Source: Heterodontus francisci
Lineage: Eukaryota
NCBI RefSeq assembly: GCF_036365525.1
Contig: NC_090384.1
Coordinates: 17,132,264-17,196,263, forward strand
Direction of reading: 5' to 3'
DNA: 64,000 nucleotides
Shown here: one piece after another, positions 1-12,520 of the stretch
How the letters are laid out: every line of letters starts with the position of its first letter
How positions within the stretch are numbered: position 1 is the first letter of the stretch
Made by a program: the position numbers and the translations under genes
Notes under the pieces: model-generated
Databases searched by the model: none
Told to the model about the DNA's origin: nothing
The model's input: the letters and a program-made list of their open reading frames with translations, nothing else

Positions 1-24
1 CTTAGGATATTGTTTGTTAGATAC

Positions 25-54
25 CTGTTGTTGAAGTTGTGGTTGATGTTGATG
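25..54 (-). CDS. Thr/Ser-rich micro-exon, 30 nt, (A)STSTTTSTT, mucin-like gene
   Basis: minus strand ttctttccag|CATCAACATCAACCACAACTTCAACAACAG|gtatct; phase 1-1. Confidence 0.75.
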
Positions 55-214
55 CTGGAAAGAACACAGTTAATGGTGTGAATGTGCAGACTGGAAAATC
101 ATCTCAGAATCTATCAATGCTGAATGTCAATTATAATATCGTCAAACATGCAGGTTTCGTTCACTGCACAACTTTACTGAAACTATCGGTACAACGGCAC
201 AGCTAATTTCATAC

Positions 215-244
215 CTGTTGCTGAAGTTGTAGTTGTTGTCGAGG
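215..244 (-). CDS. Thr/Ser-rich micro-exon, 30 nt, (A)STTTTTSAT
   Basis: cctttccag|CCTCGACAACAACTACAACTTCAGCAACAG|gtatga. Confidence 0.75.
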
Positions 245-1104
245 CTGGAAAGGAGACATTTGAAGCTGTGATTGTGGAAGGTATAAAATCATCCCATCAT
301 TTATAAAAGCAGTTTACCAGTTGGCAATTCATCAACTATGCATTTCTCATAATCCTCCCCTCAGTCTTATTTAGAAGGGTTTGCTCATTTCCTGTACCTT
401 TCTTCCACCAGCAACATAATCTTATTAATATTATAAAGCTGACAGTAACCGAGAAGCAATTGCAATGCAGCTCCTTTTTGAAGGTTTCAAATGATTCTGC
501 CACAGCTGTCATGTCCATTAGATCCTTCTGAATGCCCAGTGGACATATATTGATCCGAGACTGCATGTAGAAGAAGGTGGTCACCCCACAGCTAGAGGGG
601 AATATTGAGGTAGTGAGAGAGTGTGAAGTGGTTTTGAAAAAAGTAATATACTTGGCGTGATCAGAACATGCAGTATGTTTTCACAGGGAATGGTTGAGAC
701 AGGGACCATTGCATCTTTAAGCAGCAATGTAAATAAACATTTGAAGCAGAGGAAGATGCAGGGATAAGAATTGATATCAGATAATTGGGGTTGCTTTTGG
801 TTTGCGCAGGAAACAGGAGCACAGAATCCAATGGGCCAAAAGGTGCTCTTCATTTCTAAGTTTCATACAATTGAAAGTGCTCAATGGGAAATTTTCAGTA
901 TAAAAGCAGAGGTTAATTCAAAAATATTTTTGCATAGATAACCTGCATTTTTATTTTGGCAGGTTCAAGAGTGAGAATTACTATCCAATTGGGGTCCATT
1001 TCTGGGATAATGAAATTCGAAGGAGACTTTGATGCTTTGACAGAGTAACTTTGATGATTGTGAAATCAGTGCAAACTATTGGAATTAGGTGATGAACTTT
1101 CTAC

Positions 1105-1134
1105 CTGTTGTTGAAGTTGGAGTGGTTGTTGACT
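1105..1134 (-). CDS. Thr/Ser-rich micro-exon, 30 nt, (E)STTTPTSTT
   Basis: ttttttccag|AGTCAACAACCACTCCAACTTCAACAACAG|gtagaa. Confidence 0.72.
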
Positions 1135-1492
1135 CTGGAAAAAAGAGAGTTGAAGATATAAATTCAAAAAATTCAAAATTACAGATGCCAATATTAGTGG
1201 ATGAATAGTTAAAACTTGTAAATGCTTTCCTCACTCTGCTACTTAACTAAAACAAATGGAAGAATAACATTCTTCATTTGAAAATTCCAATTGCCAAGAC
1301 AATGATTGTCATTATTTAGAGTATTCATTTCCTGCCTGATGAAGGTGTAACTGTTAGGAATATTAAATTATACTGTGACCTTCCATGGAGAAGACTAATT
1401 ATCAAGTACTGAAACCTGCAGTCAATCTTCATACAATGACTATGTTGTGAGGTCAATGTAAAATGCTTCAATTACTATTGGTAATTTGATAC

Positions 1493-1534
1493 CTGTTGTT
1501 GAAGTCAAAGTTGTTGTTGGTGTCAATGTTGATG
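1493..1534 (-). CDS. Thr/Ser-rich micro-exon, 42 nt, (A)STLTPTTTLTSTT
   Basis: tactttgcag|...ACAACAG|gtatca; frame-preserving. Confidence 0.72.
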
Positions 1535-2354
1535 CTGCAAAGTAAAGATTTGAATGTTTAGGTGAGGAGGATATTGAGAAATTGCATCTTCTTTCAGTGG
1601 GAAATACTGGATGTGAAGTGAACAAACATGTGGAAATGGGCAGCATAAGCAATGAATTTCATGATGCTGAACATTGATGCTGGAAAGGATACAGTGAAAG
1701 GCACAACTGAAAGTTTGAAAACAGCTGTCGTAAAGAAAATAGGAATGCAAGTACTGGGCACTAATGAATAGCAATAACAGAATATGCCCTTTTGCAGCAT
1801 GCCTAACACCCTGCTCCTGGCTATTTGAGTCAAGAGTTAAAAAGAATGAAAATACACAGCAGGATGATCAAGACAAGATAGATCAGTGTTGTTGGAGCAA
1901 GTTCATTAGCCAGAACTAAAACTGAAATATGTGATGTATTCCAATGTTAGGAAGCTGAACAATAACAAGAATATATGTTTCCCACAGTATGCAGTAGTCG
2001 AGTGTCTCTTACAAAATCTAGTTGAGTGTTTTCTTTTAGACCCAAGAACATCACAACGGTGACATGAATGGTGAAAAAACTAGGAAACGGATGGTGAAAA
2101 ACAGGAAACATTGCTTTCAGGTATAAAACATTTGGATAGCATTTTGATTTGGACGCTGTATGAGACACACACAGGAAGCTTGCACACTGTATACACACAC
2201 ACACACACCGAACTCTCCAAAATAACCATCCAATCAAAAAATATATAATCACAGATCATTACAGAGAAGTTTTGCTGTGAAAGGAACGTGTTACTGATCA
2301 ATATGACATTGTCTATCACCAATCTATCACCTTTTGACATGCATTCAGAGCCAT

Positions 2355-3800
2355 GGGTCGTAATTTTACCTTGACAAATCGGGCGTCCTCGGAGGTGGCT
2401 TCAGTGAAAAATGGCAAGCAATGATGTCAGATTGTGTCCCTGATGTCATGACGCCAGATCGCCATTTTCCACTGGTCAGACGCAGGCGAGATGGGACCAC
2501 CTCTCAGCATCCGATTTAAGGCAATTGACGGCCAATTGAGACAATTAAAGAGCCAATTAAATGCTATTTTACGTCCCCTGTGCCATTTTACGTTATGTGC
2601 ATGGGCCATAACATGGGGGAGGGAGGTGGACACAGCTTTAAATGAGTGTGAAAGGCTCTCCCACTGAAGGAGTTTGAGGTACTGGAGTTTTGTGTTTCGT
2701 GTGTTTGATGAAACAGTAAATTTAAAGGTCTGAGCTGATATTGCTGGCTCCCCAGGGCTCACTTCAGTGAGTAATAATCGTGGCAGCACCATAGCTTCTG
2801 AGATTTCTCCTTGGTGGGGGAGGGCGGTGCGAGTGCCATTCCTCACAGAAGGCACTAAAAAGCTGTGCCCATTCTATTTTAGGGACACTGCTCTCATGGA
2901 CGTTGTCCATTCTGGATGAGGGTCCTCTGGTGATGAAGAGAACTGGACAAGAAGGGACAGGCGGGCAAGTGGACAAGCAAATCAGCGACCTGCTGTCCAG
3001 CTTGGTAATAGGGGAGGGGCAGAAGGCCACAGAGTGCACCGGGCGCAAAGACCTGTGAGGAGACGAGTCTACCCAGGAGGCAGGGAGTACCAGCAGCAGT
3101 TGAGCTTCCTACAGATGTCTGAGCGCCAGTGCCTTAGCAGACTGCGCCTGTCCCGAGAGACTGCGACATCTCTGTGTAAGATGATGGCAGCAGAGGTCAG
3201 CTCCAACTGTATGGGTGGCCATCTATTGCTGGTGGCTCGAAATTTCAGAGTCGCTCTGAACATCTATGTATCAGGCTTTTTCCAGGCTTCCACAGGAGAC
3301 ACATGCAGAGTCTCACATCATAAAGGTGGTAACTGATACCATATTCAGGAGGACCCACCAGTACATCAAGTTCAAGACTGATTCGGCCAGTCAGGCTGAG
3401 AGAGCCAGAGGCTTCAGCACCATTGCTGGGTTTCACATGGATAAAGGAGTTATTGACTGCACACATTTGGCCATCAAAGCTGCTGCAGGTCAGCCAGGGG
3501 CCTTCATTAGCTGGAAGGGATTTCACTCAATGAATGTCTAATTTGTGTGTGACCACTGCAAGAGTCTATTGCAGGTGTGTGCTCGCTATCCATTAATTCT
3601 CTGGAACTCCCAGGTGCCATCGCTTTTCAACCCCCCATAATTCCTCCAAGGATGGATACTTGGCGACAGGGCTTACCTGCTGAAGTGATAGCAGATGACA
3701 TCTGAGGAGCCCATGGAATGAGGCTGAGGAACATTGTCCATTTTTTTAGAAAAGGTGAAGTCGGTTTTTTGATGAGGAAGAACATTTTTACGCAATGGGT
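2355..3800 (+). mobile_element. degenerate Harbinger/PIF transposon, transposase remnant
   Basis: frames give MDVVHSG.., RLRLSRET, GVIDCTHLAIKA, KGFHSMNV; frameshifts and stops; related to the 15681..19915 element; boundaries approximate. Confidence 0.85.
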
Positions 3801-4460
3801 TGTAATGACCATGAATTGGCTGCCCACAAGGATGGTGGAAGCAGACACAAACAACAACTTCTAAAGGAAATTGGATCGCCAATTTATGGAAATAGACTTG
3901 CAAGGCTATGAGGATCGAGTGGGGGAGTGGGACTGACTGGATAGCTCTGTGGAGAGCGAACATGGACCCGCTGGGGTGAATGGCCTCCTCCTATGCTGTA
4001 AATGACTCCATGACATGTAATGAAGGAACAATTCACTTTCAGAATTGTGAAACTACTCAGAAGTCTATCACGATCTTGCACAGAGCTTGATAGATTGAGT
4101 TGAAAAGCATAAATAACTGCCAGGGGCATTGATGCTGGTAATTTAAAGGTAACAAAAGTTGAAATCAGATTTGTAGAATGGGCAGACATTACAACAGAAT
4201 ACCATAATCTTCTATACTTTATGATTTAGAGAATACAGTCACTTACTATAATTGTACAATGAAAAGTGATAAATTGGCAATGCTGTTATGTGAAAAATGA
4301 AACATGCTTGGGTTGTTCTGTCCCTGTTTTGCCGTGCCTGTAATCACCTACTACTTGTCCACCTCGCCCCCACTCCCAAACCCACTTTTAATTGGAATGT
4401 ACATGAAAATCAGTGGTTGTTATGTGCAGAAAACTGCCTGAGCACTTTGAGTGAAAGCAG

Positions 4461-4538
4461 TTTAGATTAGATTAGAGATACAGCACTGAAACAGGCCCTT
4501 CGGCCCACCGAGTCCGTGCCGAACATCAACCACCCGTT
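4461..4538 (-). mobile_element. 5'-truncated SINE 3' tail, same family as the 25791 SINE; copy about 36699..36776
   Basis: reverse complement of ...ggtgggccgaagggcctgtttcagtgctgtatctctaatctaatctaa. Confidence 0.8.
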
Positions 4539-5059
4539 ATTTCTGAAGATGTTGTGAGGTGATGTTGTGACCAAGTGATTGACTATAATATTAATACCAC
4601 AATGGTGGAATATAGGCAGGGAGGCAGTTAAAATAAGGGCAGCTCTTTAAACCTGATTCAGCTGCAAGCCTGCCCGCACCTGATAATGAGCTGTTCTCTT
4701 GAGCAGGCAAGCAGCACACCTGCAGTAACATATTGGAGTGCTGCTTTATCCATTCAGATCAAGTGCAAATGGCCGTTTTAGTCTGAACCCTGAGTCGGGG
4801 GTCAATGACAGCAGTCAGGCCAAAGCTGCCAAGAGTTGGATCCTTTGAAAAGGCCCCACATGGCTGACCGTTCAGAAAGTGGGACCCATGTGATTGAAAG
4901 GCAAGTGGCAGGTTGGTTCCAAAATTGACTCAGTGGCAGGAAGCAAAGGGGAAGGAAGGTATTTTTGTGACGGGAAGAGTGTTTCCAGTGGGGCTCTGCA
5001 GTGTTCAGTTCTAGGTCCATTGCTTTTCTTGGTATAGTGGAATTAAGAAATTTGCAGAT

Positions 5060-5720
5060 GATAAGAAATCAGTCATTATAGGTGGATATGGTGGTTAAGA
5101 AGGCAGACAGGATACTTTCCTTCATTCGCCAAGGCACAGAATATAAAAGCAGGGAGGTTATGCTAGAACTGCATAAAACACTAGCTCGGCCACAGCTAGT
5201 TACTTCACACACTTCTGGTCAGCACATTAAAGGAAGGATGTGATCATACAAGAAAGGTGAAAGAGGAGATTTACGAAGATGTGGCAGGAGTGGACATTTT
5301 CAGCTGGAGGAAAGATTAAATCTGCTGGTCTTATTTCCTTGGGAACAGAGGAGGCTGAGGGAAGATTTAATTGAGGTGTATAATATTATGAGGGACCGAG
5401 ATTGAGCGGATAGGAAATAGCTATTTCTCTTAGCAGAGAGGTGAGTAACCCAGGGTCATAAATTTAAAGTCATTGACAGAATGATTAGACAGGAGATGAG
5501 GAAAGATATTTTCACCCAGAGGGTGCTGCGGGTCTGGAACTCACTGCCTAAATGGGTGGCAGAGGTTGAAATTCACATCACTTTGAAAAAATGTTTGGAT
5601 ATGCACTTGAAATACTGTAACCTACAGGGCTATGGACCATGAGCTGGAAAATGGGATTAGGCTGTATAGCTCTTGCTGAGCTGGCACAGATACGATGGGC
5701 CAAATAGACACCTTCTGTTC
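5060..5720 (+). mobile_element. decayed CR1-type LINE 3' fragment; copy about 37298..37958
   Basis: similar to 31090..31760 (gaatataaaagcagggaggttatgctagaactg...ttttcacccagagggtg). Confidence 0.8.
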
Positions 5721-5986
5721 AGTAAATATTTTATATTTCTATGTGGTCCGAAGCTCATCTCAGAGTCAAATATGACACCAAGCTTGTGAAATGTCTGGTT
5801 CAGACTCAGACGGCTGCCAGGGAGAGAAATGGAGTCGGTGTCCAGACAAAGGAGTTTGTCCCTGATCACGATCACACCCTGCCCACCCACCCAGCCACTT
5901 ACCATTCCTGACCCCCTCACCCCTGTTAAAATCAGTGCCCACAGAAATCCAAACATAAATGAAATTGTAAGCTTTGTCTACTTTAC

Positions 5987-6034
5987 CTTTTGTTGAAGAT
6001 GGTCGTGTAAAATAAGCATGGCTGGTTATTCTGG
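5987..6034 (-). CDS. micro-exon, 48 nt, (A)RITSHAYFTRPSSTK
   Basis: tttttatttccag|...TCTTCAACAAAAG|gtaaag; phase 1-1; 3' end like the other micro-exons. Confidence 0.55.
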
Positions 6035-6431
6035 CTGGAAATAAAAATAATTTGCAAGTATAAGTAGAAATGAAGATCAAAATCAGGATTGCAAAGAGTA
6101 CTGCAATCCAACAAGCAGGAGGCTGCTGGAAGTGGATGTCCATTTTATCCACACTGATTCTACTCTGATGCTGTTTAATATGAAGACAGGCCATTAATTG
6201 TATTATACAAAGAAAAATAAAAGACTAGTGACGCTGCTGAATGGAACATTCTGATGCATGGAATCTAAGGATGTGTAGGAAATGAGCTGCAAAATCAGAA
6301 TTTGAAAGTTTACATATGAAGATGTCGTTTATAGTTTTAACTGAAAGATACTTTTTGTACAATTCTTGTATGATTATTCCTGTGATTGATGGATGAGTAC
6401 AGAATGTTGAAATCACATGTTGAGTTTGTAA

Positions 6432-6461
6432 CTGTTGGTTATGTTGGAGCCCCAGTTGATG
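6432..6461 (-). pseudogene. decayed micro-exon (in-frame TAA, donor GT>TT); copy at 38670..38699
   Basis: cacag|CATCAACTGGGGCTCCAACATAACCAACAG|ttaca. Confidence 0.5.
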
Positions 6462-7562
6462 CTGTGAAGGAAATGAATGAACTTTCATGTTGGAAGAATG
6501 ATAATAAATTCCATCATCATTCAGTGACCTCACCCGTGATCAATTCAATAGAAGGAACGTGACATTTTTCATTGGTGCTCAATTGTTATTGAACTCATGG
6601 TTGTTGATGTTGGAGTCACTGTTGTTTGAAGGTGAGAGTGGAGTAATATCAATATCTTTAACTTCACATCTGCTGTGAAAATCATGGGAGTGGATTTTAA
6701 TTGAGAGCTGTGTTTCCAGGTGTTATTTCCCTCCCACCAGAGCCAGCAGGAGGTCACGGTGATTTTAACTGCTGTGGCTCATTTAAATGTTGCCTGTCCA
6801 TTTTCCACCCCTTCTCGGCAGGAATAGTGTGGAGAGCATCTGCCAGCAGGTAAGTGATTGGAAGGTGTATCAGGTGGATCTCATGGGAGGAAAAGTGTGA
6901 GTCCAGGCCAGGTAGGCCCAATCATTTCAAGTGGGCTGCAGAGGAGTACAGTTTCTGCTCGTGAGCGCACAAAGGAAATTGTTTGACTGACAGGAGGGAC
7001 TCTTGATCAATGTTCCCTCCAGGCCACGCAGCAACCTGAAAGTTCCCGTGCAGGCCGTGCACAGTTCTGCACCTTCGAATTACCGCACACACTGGGTCAT
7101 GACTGCGCCCAAGAATTGAATGGAACCACACACTTAAACAAATCGCCTGTGCAATCCACAAAATAATTAAAGGAAACGTTGCTGTTGATCCTCGCTTCTG
7201 CCTGGCAGGAAAACTTCACCGGCTTCCCCACTCAGATCCCAGTTAAAATGCCATCAGAGAGCCACTGAATGAATTTGTGTGGATGGTGCCTGCTTTAGGC
7301 AGGTGTCTCATCTACCTCCAGAGAACCTGCAGGTTTTATATCAGTGATGGAGTGAAATAGTTGAGTTCTGAGCGGGTAATTACCTAGATTTTAACTGCTC
7401 TCCCTTCTATTTTACTCCAGGTGGGTAGGTAAAATTTGACCTCTGTAGTTTAAAATTATTGCTGAGGCTGCAAAGTAATCTTTTAAAGGTGATGAATCCG
7501 AATTTGTGCACTTTTAAATGAATGATTAAAAACATGGAACAATTGTTTGTAAAATTCCATAC

Positions 7563-7592
7563 CTGTTGTTGAAGTTGCAGTTGTTCCCAATG
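7563..7592 (-). CDS. Thr/Ser-rich micro-exon, 30 nt, (x)LGTTATSTT
   Basis: cccttccag|CATTGGGAACAACTGCAACTTCAACAACAG|gtatgg. Confidence 0.72.
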
Positions 7593-8344
7593 CTGGAAGG
7601 GATACAGTTGAAGATGTAAATGCGAAGAGCATTAAAAAGAACCATTTTTATCAATGGAAAATACCAATTAACAAGTTAGTAGGAGATCACTTGTTTCTTT
7701 TCAATTTGAATTAACTTTCTTCTTGATTAAATACCTCAATACATATTCATTTCATAATTATTGAATTTATGGTTCATATTACAAAGGAAGATTGTAAATG
7801 TATATGAAGCGATTGAGGGTGTAGAACATGAACTGATTGCATTTTCTTCGGTGAAAAATAGCAGCTTCTGAGCCATTTTTACAGAATATTGGAGCAGGAT
7901 TTTTATCTGACAGTTTCTGACAGATAGAGGTAAGTTTTTGGAGCCATTGTCACTATGATTACACACTGCTTCCATCGCTAAATATAAAAGAGCAACAACA
8001 TTGTGCAAACATTATTCAACTGCGTCTGACAGTGTTCCTGGTGGTAAAACCATGCCTAGTATCTGCAGCACTGACACTGTTCAGGCACTGTTTGTGCACT
8101 AAAGGCAGGAAGTTCTGCCTGCTGGATTTGCCAAGCACATGGAAATATTTTCTTCATCCTCACAACACTGAATCCCACAGAATGAGAACCTGGCCATGTT
8201 AATATACATCTGTGTACAGGTTTTTCTTGTTACAAAAATTGAGGCTTGAGTTTGGGAAAACAATCTATTACTGTGCAATATAATCTGAATAATATTTTAC
8301 GACTTTACATTATGTGAATTAAGTAAAACTAAAACATTGCTTAC

Positions 8345-8371
8345 TTGACAGGGTGCCTCCAACCGGTTTTT
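8345..8371 (-). CDS. candidate micro-exon, 27 nt, (E)KPVGGTLS
   Basis: cctttcag|AAAAACCGGTTGGAGGCACCCTGTCAA|gtaagc; good splice sites and a multiple of 3, but not Thr-rich. Confidence 0.35.
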
Positions 8372-8976
8372 CTGAAAGGCAGATTATAATTTGAAATTAA
8401 AACACAAAATGATCCTGCTCCACCAGTCAATACGATCGTGGCTGATCTTAGGCTTCAACTCCACTTTCCCACTGCTCAGCACATCCCTTGATTCCCTGAG
8501 AGACCAAAAATCTGTGTATCCGACCCTTAAATGTATTCATCGATGGAGCATCCACAACCCTCTGGGTAGAGAATTCCAAAGATTGACTACCGTTTGGATG
8601 AAGTAATTTCTCCTCATCTCAGTCTTAAATGATCAGCCCCTTATGCTCAGACTGTGTCCACGTGTTTTAGACTCCTTGACCAGCAGAAACAATCTCTCAG
8701 TGTCTACCCTATCGAGCCCCTTCAGAATCTTGTCTGTTTCGATGAGTTCGCCCCTCATTCTTCTAACTCCAGAGTAGAGAGACCCAATTTACTCAGCCTC
8801 TTATTATAGGGAAACCTCCTCATCCCAGGGTCCAATTTAGTGAACCTTCACTGTACTGCCTCCCATGCAAGTGTATCCTTCCTTAAATGTGGAGACCAAA
8901 ACTGCACACAGTACTCCAGATATGGCCTCACCAAAACCCTGTACAATTGCAGCAAGACTTCTCTATTTCTGTACTC

Positions 8977-10521
8977 CAGGGATATCCAACTTTTAGTGCG
9001 GGGTGAGGGGAGGCAGATTGCAATTTCTTTCTTACAAAGGGGGCCAGTGAGACAATTTCTGAAAGATAAAGGCATTAAAAAGTTATCTTACTATCAATCA
9101 AAACAAGAACAGATGTGCATTTTGTGAAGAAGCTTTAAATGAGAAGATTAATTTGTTGACTTAATTTCTCATCCCTATGTTGCACACTGGTTTACTGAGA
9201 TACCTGGCATTTTTTTGCTTGCACAGGTAGTCAATGTTTGCCTGCACACTTCTCGTGCTGCAGAGTATTCCGCATAGATGTCCATCTGTCAGGAGTGATC
9301 TTGATCAATCATTTTTCGCTCTCTCTCTCTCTCTGTTCCCCAATCTCTGTGTCCCCCTTCCTCTCTCTTTCCCCCTTTTTCTGTCCCTCCTTCCACTCAC
9401 TGTGCCCACGTTCCCTCTCAGTTCCCCCTTTTCCCCCTTTCTCCATCTCTGTTCACCCTCTCTCCCTCTGTCCCCCCTCTTTCTCTGTCCGCATCTCTCA
9501 CTCTCTGCCCCCTTCTCACCTTGAACCCCTATCTCTCTCCCCTTCTCTCTCATCCTCTCTGTTTCACCCCTCTCCATCCGCACTCCCTCTTTCTCTTTCC
9601 CCCTCTCTCTCCCCTTCTCTGTCTCTCCTCTTTCTCTCTCTCTGTCCCCCCTCTCTCTCGGAATACTCTCTGTCCCCTCTCTCTCTTTCCCCTGTCTCTC
9701 TTCCCCCTCCCCTTTTAGCACCCTCTCTCATTTTCCCCCTATCTCACTGAACCTTTTCTCTCTTCCCACTGTTGTTCTTCCCCTCTCTCTTCCCCCATTT
9801 CTCTCTTACCCCCTCTCTCTCTTCCCCCACCTCTCTCTTACCCCACCTCTCTCTTACCCCACTCTCTCTTCCCCAGCTCTCTATTCCCCCTCTCTCTCTC
9901 TTCTGCCCCCTCTCTATTCCCACCCTTCTCTTCTCCCCCTCTCTTTCCCCCTCTCTTTCTCCCCATCTCTTTCTCCCCATCTCTTTTTCCCCATCTCTGT
10001 CCCCACTCTCTCTGTCTGCCCTCCTTCTGTCACTCCCTGCTCTCTCTCTGTAACCATTCCTCTCTGTCCCCCCCCCCCACCCCCTCTCTTCCCAGTCTCT
10101 CTCTCTCCCTCTCTGTTCCCCCTTCTCTCTGGCATTTGCAGGGAGCGGGAGCACTCAGCACAGCATCTTTGCGGTTGGTCAGTTTTGTAAAAAACAAACT
10201 GCACTGTCAATTTCACAGCTGACAGGTGCTGACATCCGAAACCGTGGTTTCCCAACTTTGTACAGATTAGGGATTTTCCTGAGGGCTTTTCTAAAAGTCA
10301 GAACCCACCAGAAAACCCCGAATCAGTTCCAGGTTCAGAAACTGCTGTTCCTGCTCCCAGTCCGTGTCAGCTGTGAAACTGACTGGTGAATTATTTTAAA
10401 AAGATATTCTGGAAGAAGAAGACAATGGAAAATTCCTCATAGCTGAAATACATCCGCGGGCCTGATGAAAACATTTGGTGGGCCAGACCCTGGGCCGTGG
10501 GCCGTATGTTGAACAACCCTG
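8977..10521. mobile_element. non-autonomous hAT-type DNA transposon with 8-bp TSD
   Basis: termini CAGGGATATCCAAC / GTTGAACAACCCTG (imperfect TIR); TSD ctgtactc / ctgcactc; subterminal gggcc motifs. Confidence 0.8.
9315..10130 (+). repeat. ~800-bp polypyrimidine (CT-rich) low-complexity tract; copy about 41553..42374
   Basis: almost only C/T on the plus strand. Confidence 0.95.
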
Positions 10522-11009
10522 CTGCACTCCAATCCCCTTGCAATAAAGGCCACCATGTCATTTGCCTTCCTAATTGTTTACTCTTCCTGCATGCTAACTT
10601 TCAGCATTCCTTGTACAAGCACACCACAGTCTCTTTTTAACATCAATACTTATAGGTTTCATACCTTTGAACTATTATTCTGCTTTTCTATTTTTATGAC
10701 CAAAGTGAATAACTTCACACTTCCCTACATTATACTCCATCTGCCATCGTGTTGCTCACCCACTTAACCTGTCTATATCTTTTTTCAGCCTCTCTGTGTC
10801 CACCCCACAGTTTACATTTCCACCTACCTTTGTATCATAAGCAAACTCAGATACATTACACTCAGTCTCTTCATCTAAAACATGAATATAGATTGTAACT
10901 AGCTGAGGCCCCAGCACTGATCCTTGTGGCACTCCACTATTCACTGTCTGCCAAAGTGAAAATGCCATGTTTATGCCCATTCTTTTCTTCCAGTCTGTTA
11001 ACCAATCCT

Positions 11010-12520
11010 GTATCCATGCAAATATATTACCCCCAACTCCCTGAGCCCTTATATTGCCGATTAACATTTTGTGTGGAACCTTATCAAATGCCTTTTGGTT
11101 TCCTCTTTATAAACCCCACTAATTACATCCTCCAGAACCTCTTATAAATTTGTCAAACTGGATTTCCCTTTAGTAAAATCATATTGACTTGCTCTAATCA
11201 CACTAGATATTAGGCATGACTAAGATGAATTTATGTCTTAAGTGTCACTGGAGGTGAAAGTTTAAGTGTGGGGAATATGAAATGATGATTCCATCAACTT
11301 TCAATGAAAGGAGCTCATTGTCAGGTGAACATGAAGACACTCAGCCGTGTATCCTGCTAATAACAATGATAGTAACACTTTAAAATGAATGCATTATCAT
11401 TGGTGTTACAATCAGAAAACCTAGGCCTGTGCATGTATCTTTTTAATTCTGAAGATAATGCTAAATCGATATTGTTAATTTCATACTTCTTGTCGAAGTT
11501 GACAAGTGGTTGTTGCTGGAAGCTACGTATTTCAAGGTAGAAGTGTGGAAAATACAAATTAATTGCACCATGTTTCAGGACAAAATCTCAGTTGTTAAGA
11601 CCTAGACAGCCACGCCCGCATCCCACAAACAGATAAAAAAAATCAAGAAAGACATTTCATAACCACAATTTTCAGACTATCCCGTATACTCCTATAATCT
11701 CCTTGGGAGGTAGCTGGAAGTTGCACTATGTTGCCCAGGCCGTGATGGTTCCTGGTGAGCCTTTTGCAGTGAGAGCTTGCACCTTCCACAAGGAAGGCCA
11801 CCAGTGTAAGGAATGGGATCTACTTTGGGAAATGCCACTTTCTTTTTCTCAAAGAGGCTCGACATTGTGTTGGCAGAGTTTTGCTGCTTGAGACCAGGTG
11901 TGTTGGCCAAAGTAGAGCCTGTGAGGTTCAGGACTGAATCGTAGCCCAGACTCCAAAAGGACAACCTTCTTTTGAAAAGAGTCACTCTCAAATTTGCAAA
12001 TTGGACAGTTGGAGTGAGCTGTAAGATACATTGCTGGGAAAACCTAGCTCTGTTTGCATTTGTTCATGGATTGGCCAGAATTTCCACCCTCTTTGGCAGC
12101 AGGGACCTGAGATGCACCAGGATAGTGAAGGTGCCCTGCATGTTATTTAGTGGCCATTGCAACACCAAAGACTTGTGTCAGACAGTAGCAGGGATCCTGG
12201 AGAGGAAGGATCATGTGGTTATACTGATAAGATCTTACAACATGTTAGCTGATATTTGCCCCACACTTAAACTTTCACCTGCAGTGCCACTTGAGACATA
12301 AATTCATCTTAGTCATGTCTAATATCTAGTATGATTAGAACAAGTCAACATGGTTTTACTAAAGGGAAATCCAGTTTGACAAATTTATTAGGGGCTGTGA
12401 GGATGTAATTTAGTGGGGTTTATATCGGGGAAACCAAAAGGCATTTGATAAGGTGCCACACAAAATGTTAATAGGCAATATAGGGCTCATGGACTTGTAC
12501 GTAATATGTTTGCATGGATT
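11010..12520. repeat. imperfect ~270-bp inverted repeat (arms about 11010-11280 and 12250-12520); copy about 43254..44764
   Basis: gactaagatgaatttatgtcttaagtg vs cacttgagacataaattcatcttagtc; ggatttccctttagtaaaa vs ttttactaaagggaaatcc. Confidence 0.9.

Larger units (their letters stand above)
8410..11200 (-). mobile_element. CR1-type LINE fragment split by a hAT insertion; copy about 40648..43444
   Basis: [30 protein letters not shown]; the halves rejoin across 8977..10521. Confidence 0.85.

Noticed and set aside
1336-1350. 15-nt micro-exon (V)TPSS with a GC donor, and a similar candidate near 4120
   Set aside because: Non-canonical donors and too short to distinguish from chance; the 4120 candidate differs by a 1-bp indel between units.
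25-1534. CRISPR-like or satellite array from the recurring tacctgttgttgaagttg motif
   Set aside because: Eukaryotic DNA with irregular spacing; the motif is better explained as exon end plus splice donor.
6685-7442. Possible Harbinger-type MITE
   Set aside because: Termini only loosely complementary and no TSD; boundaries not supportable by eye.
9234-10255. Long Pro/Ser/Leu- and Arg/Glu/Gly-rich ORFs
   Set aside because: Translations of the CT/GA low-complexity tract, which lacks stop codons in most frames.
11650-12220. ORFs of 60-109 aa inside the inverted repeat
   Set aside because: No recognisable motif; probably a decayed repeat.
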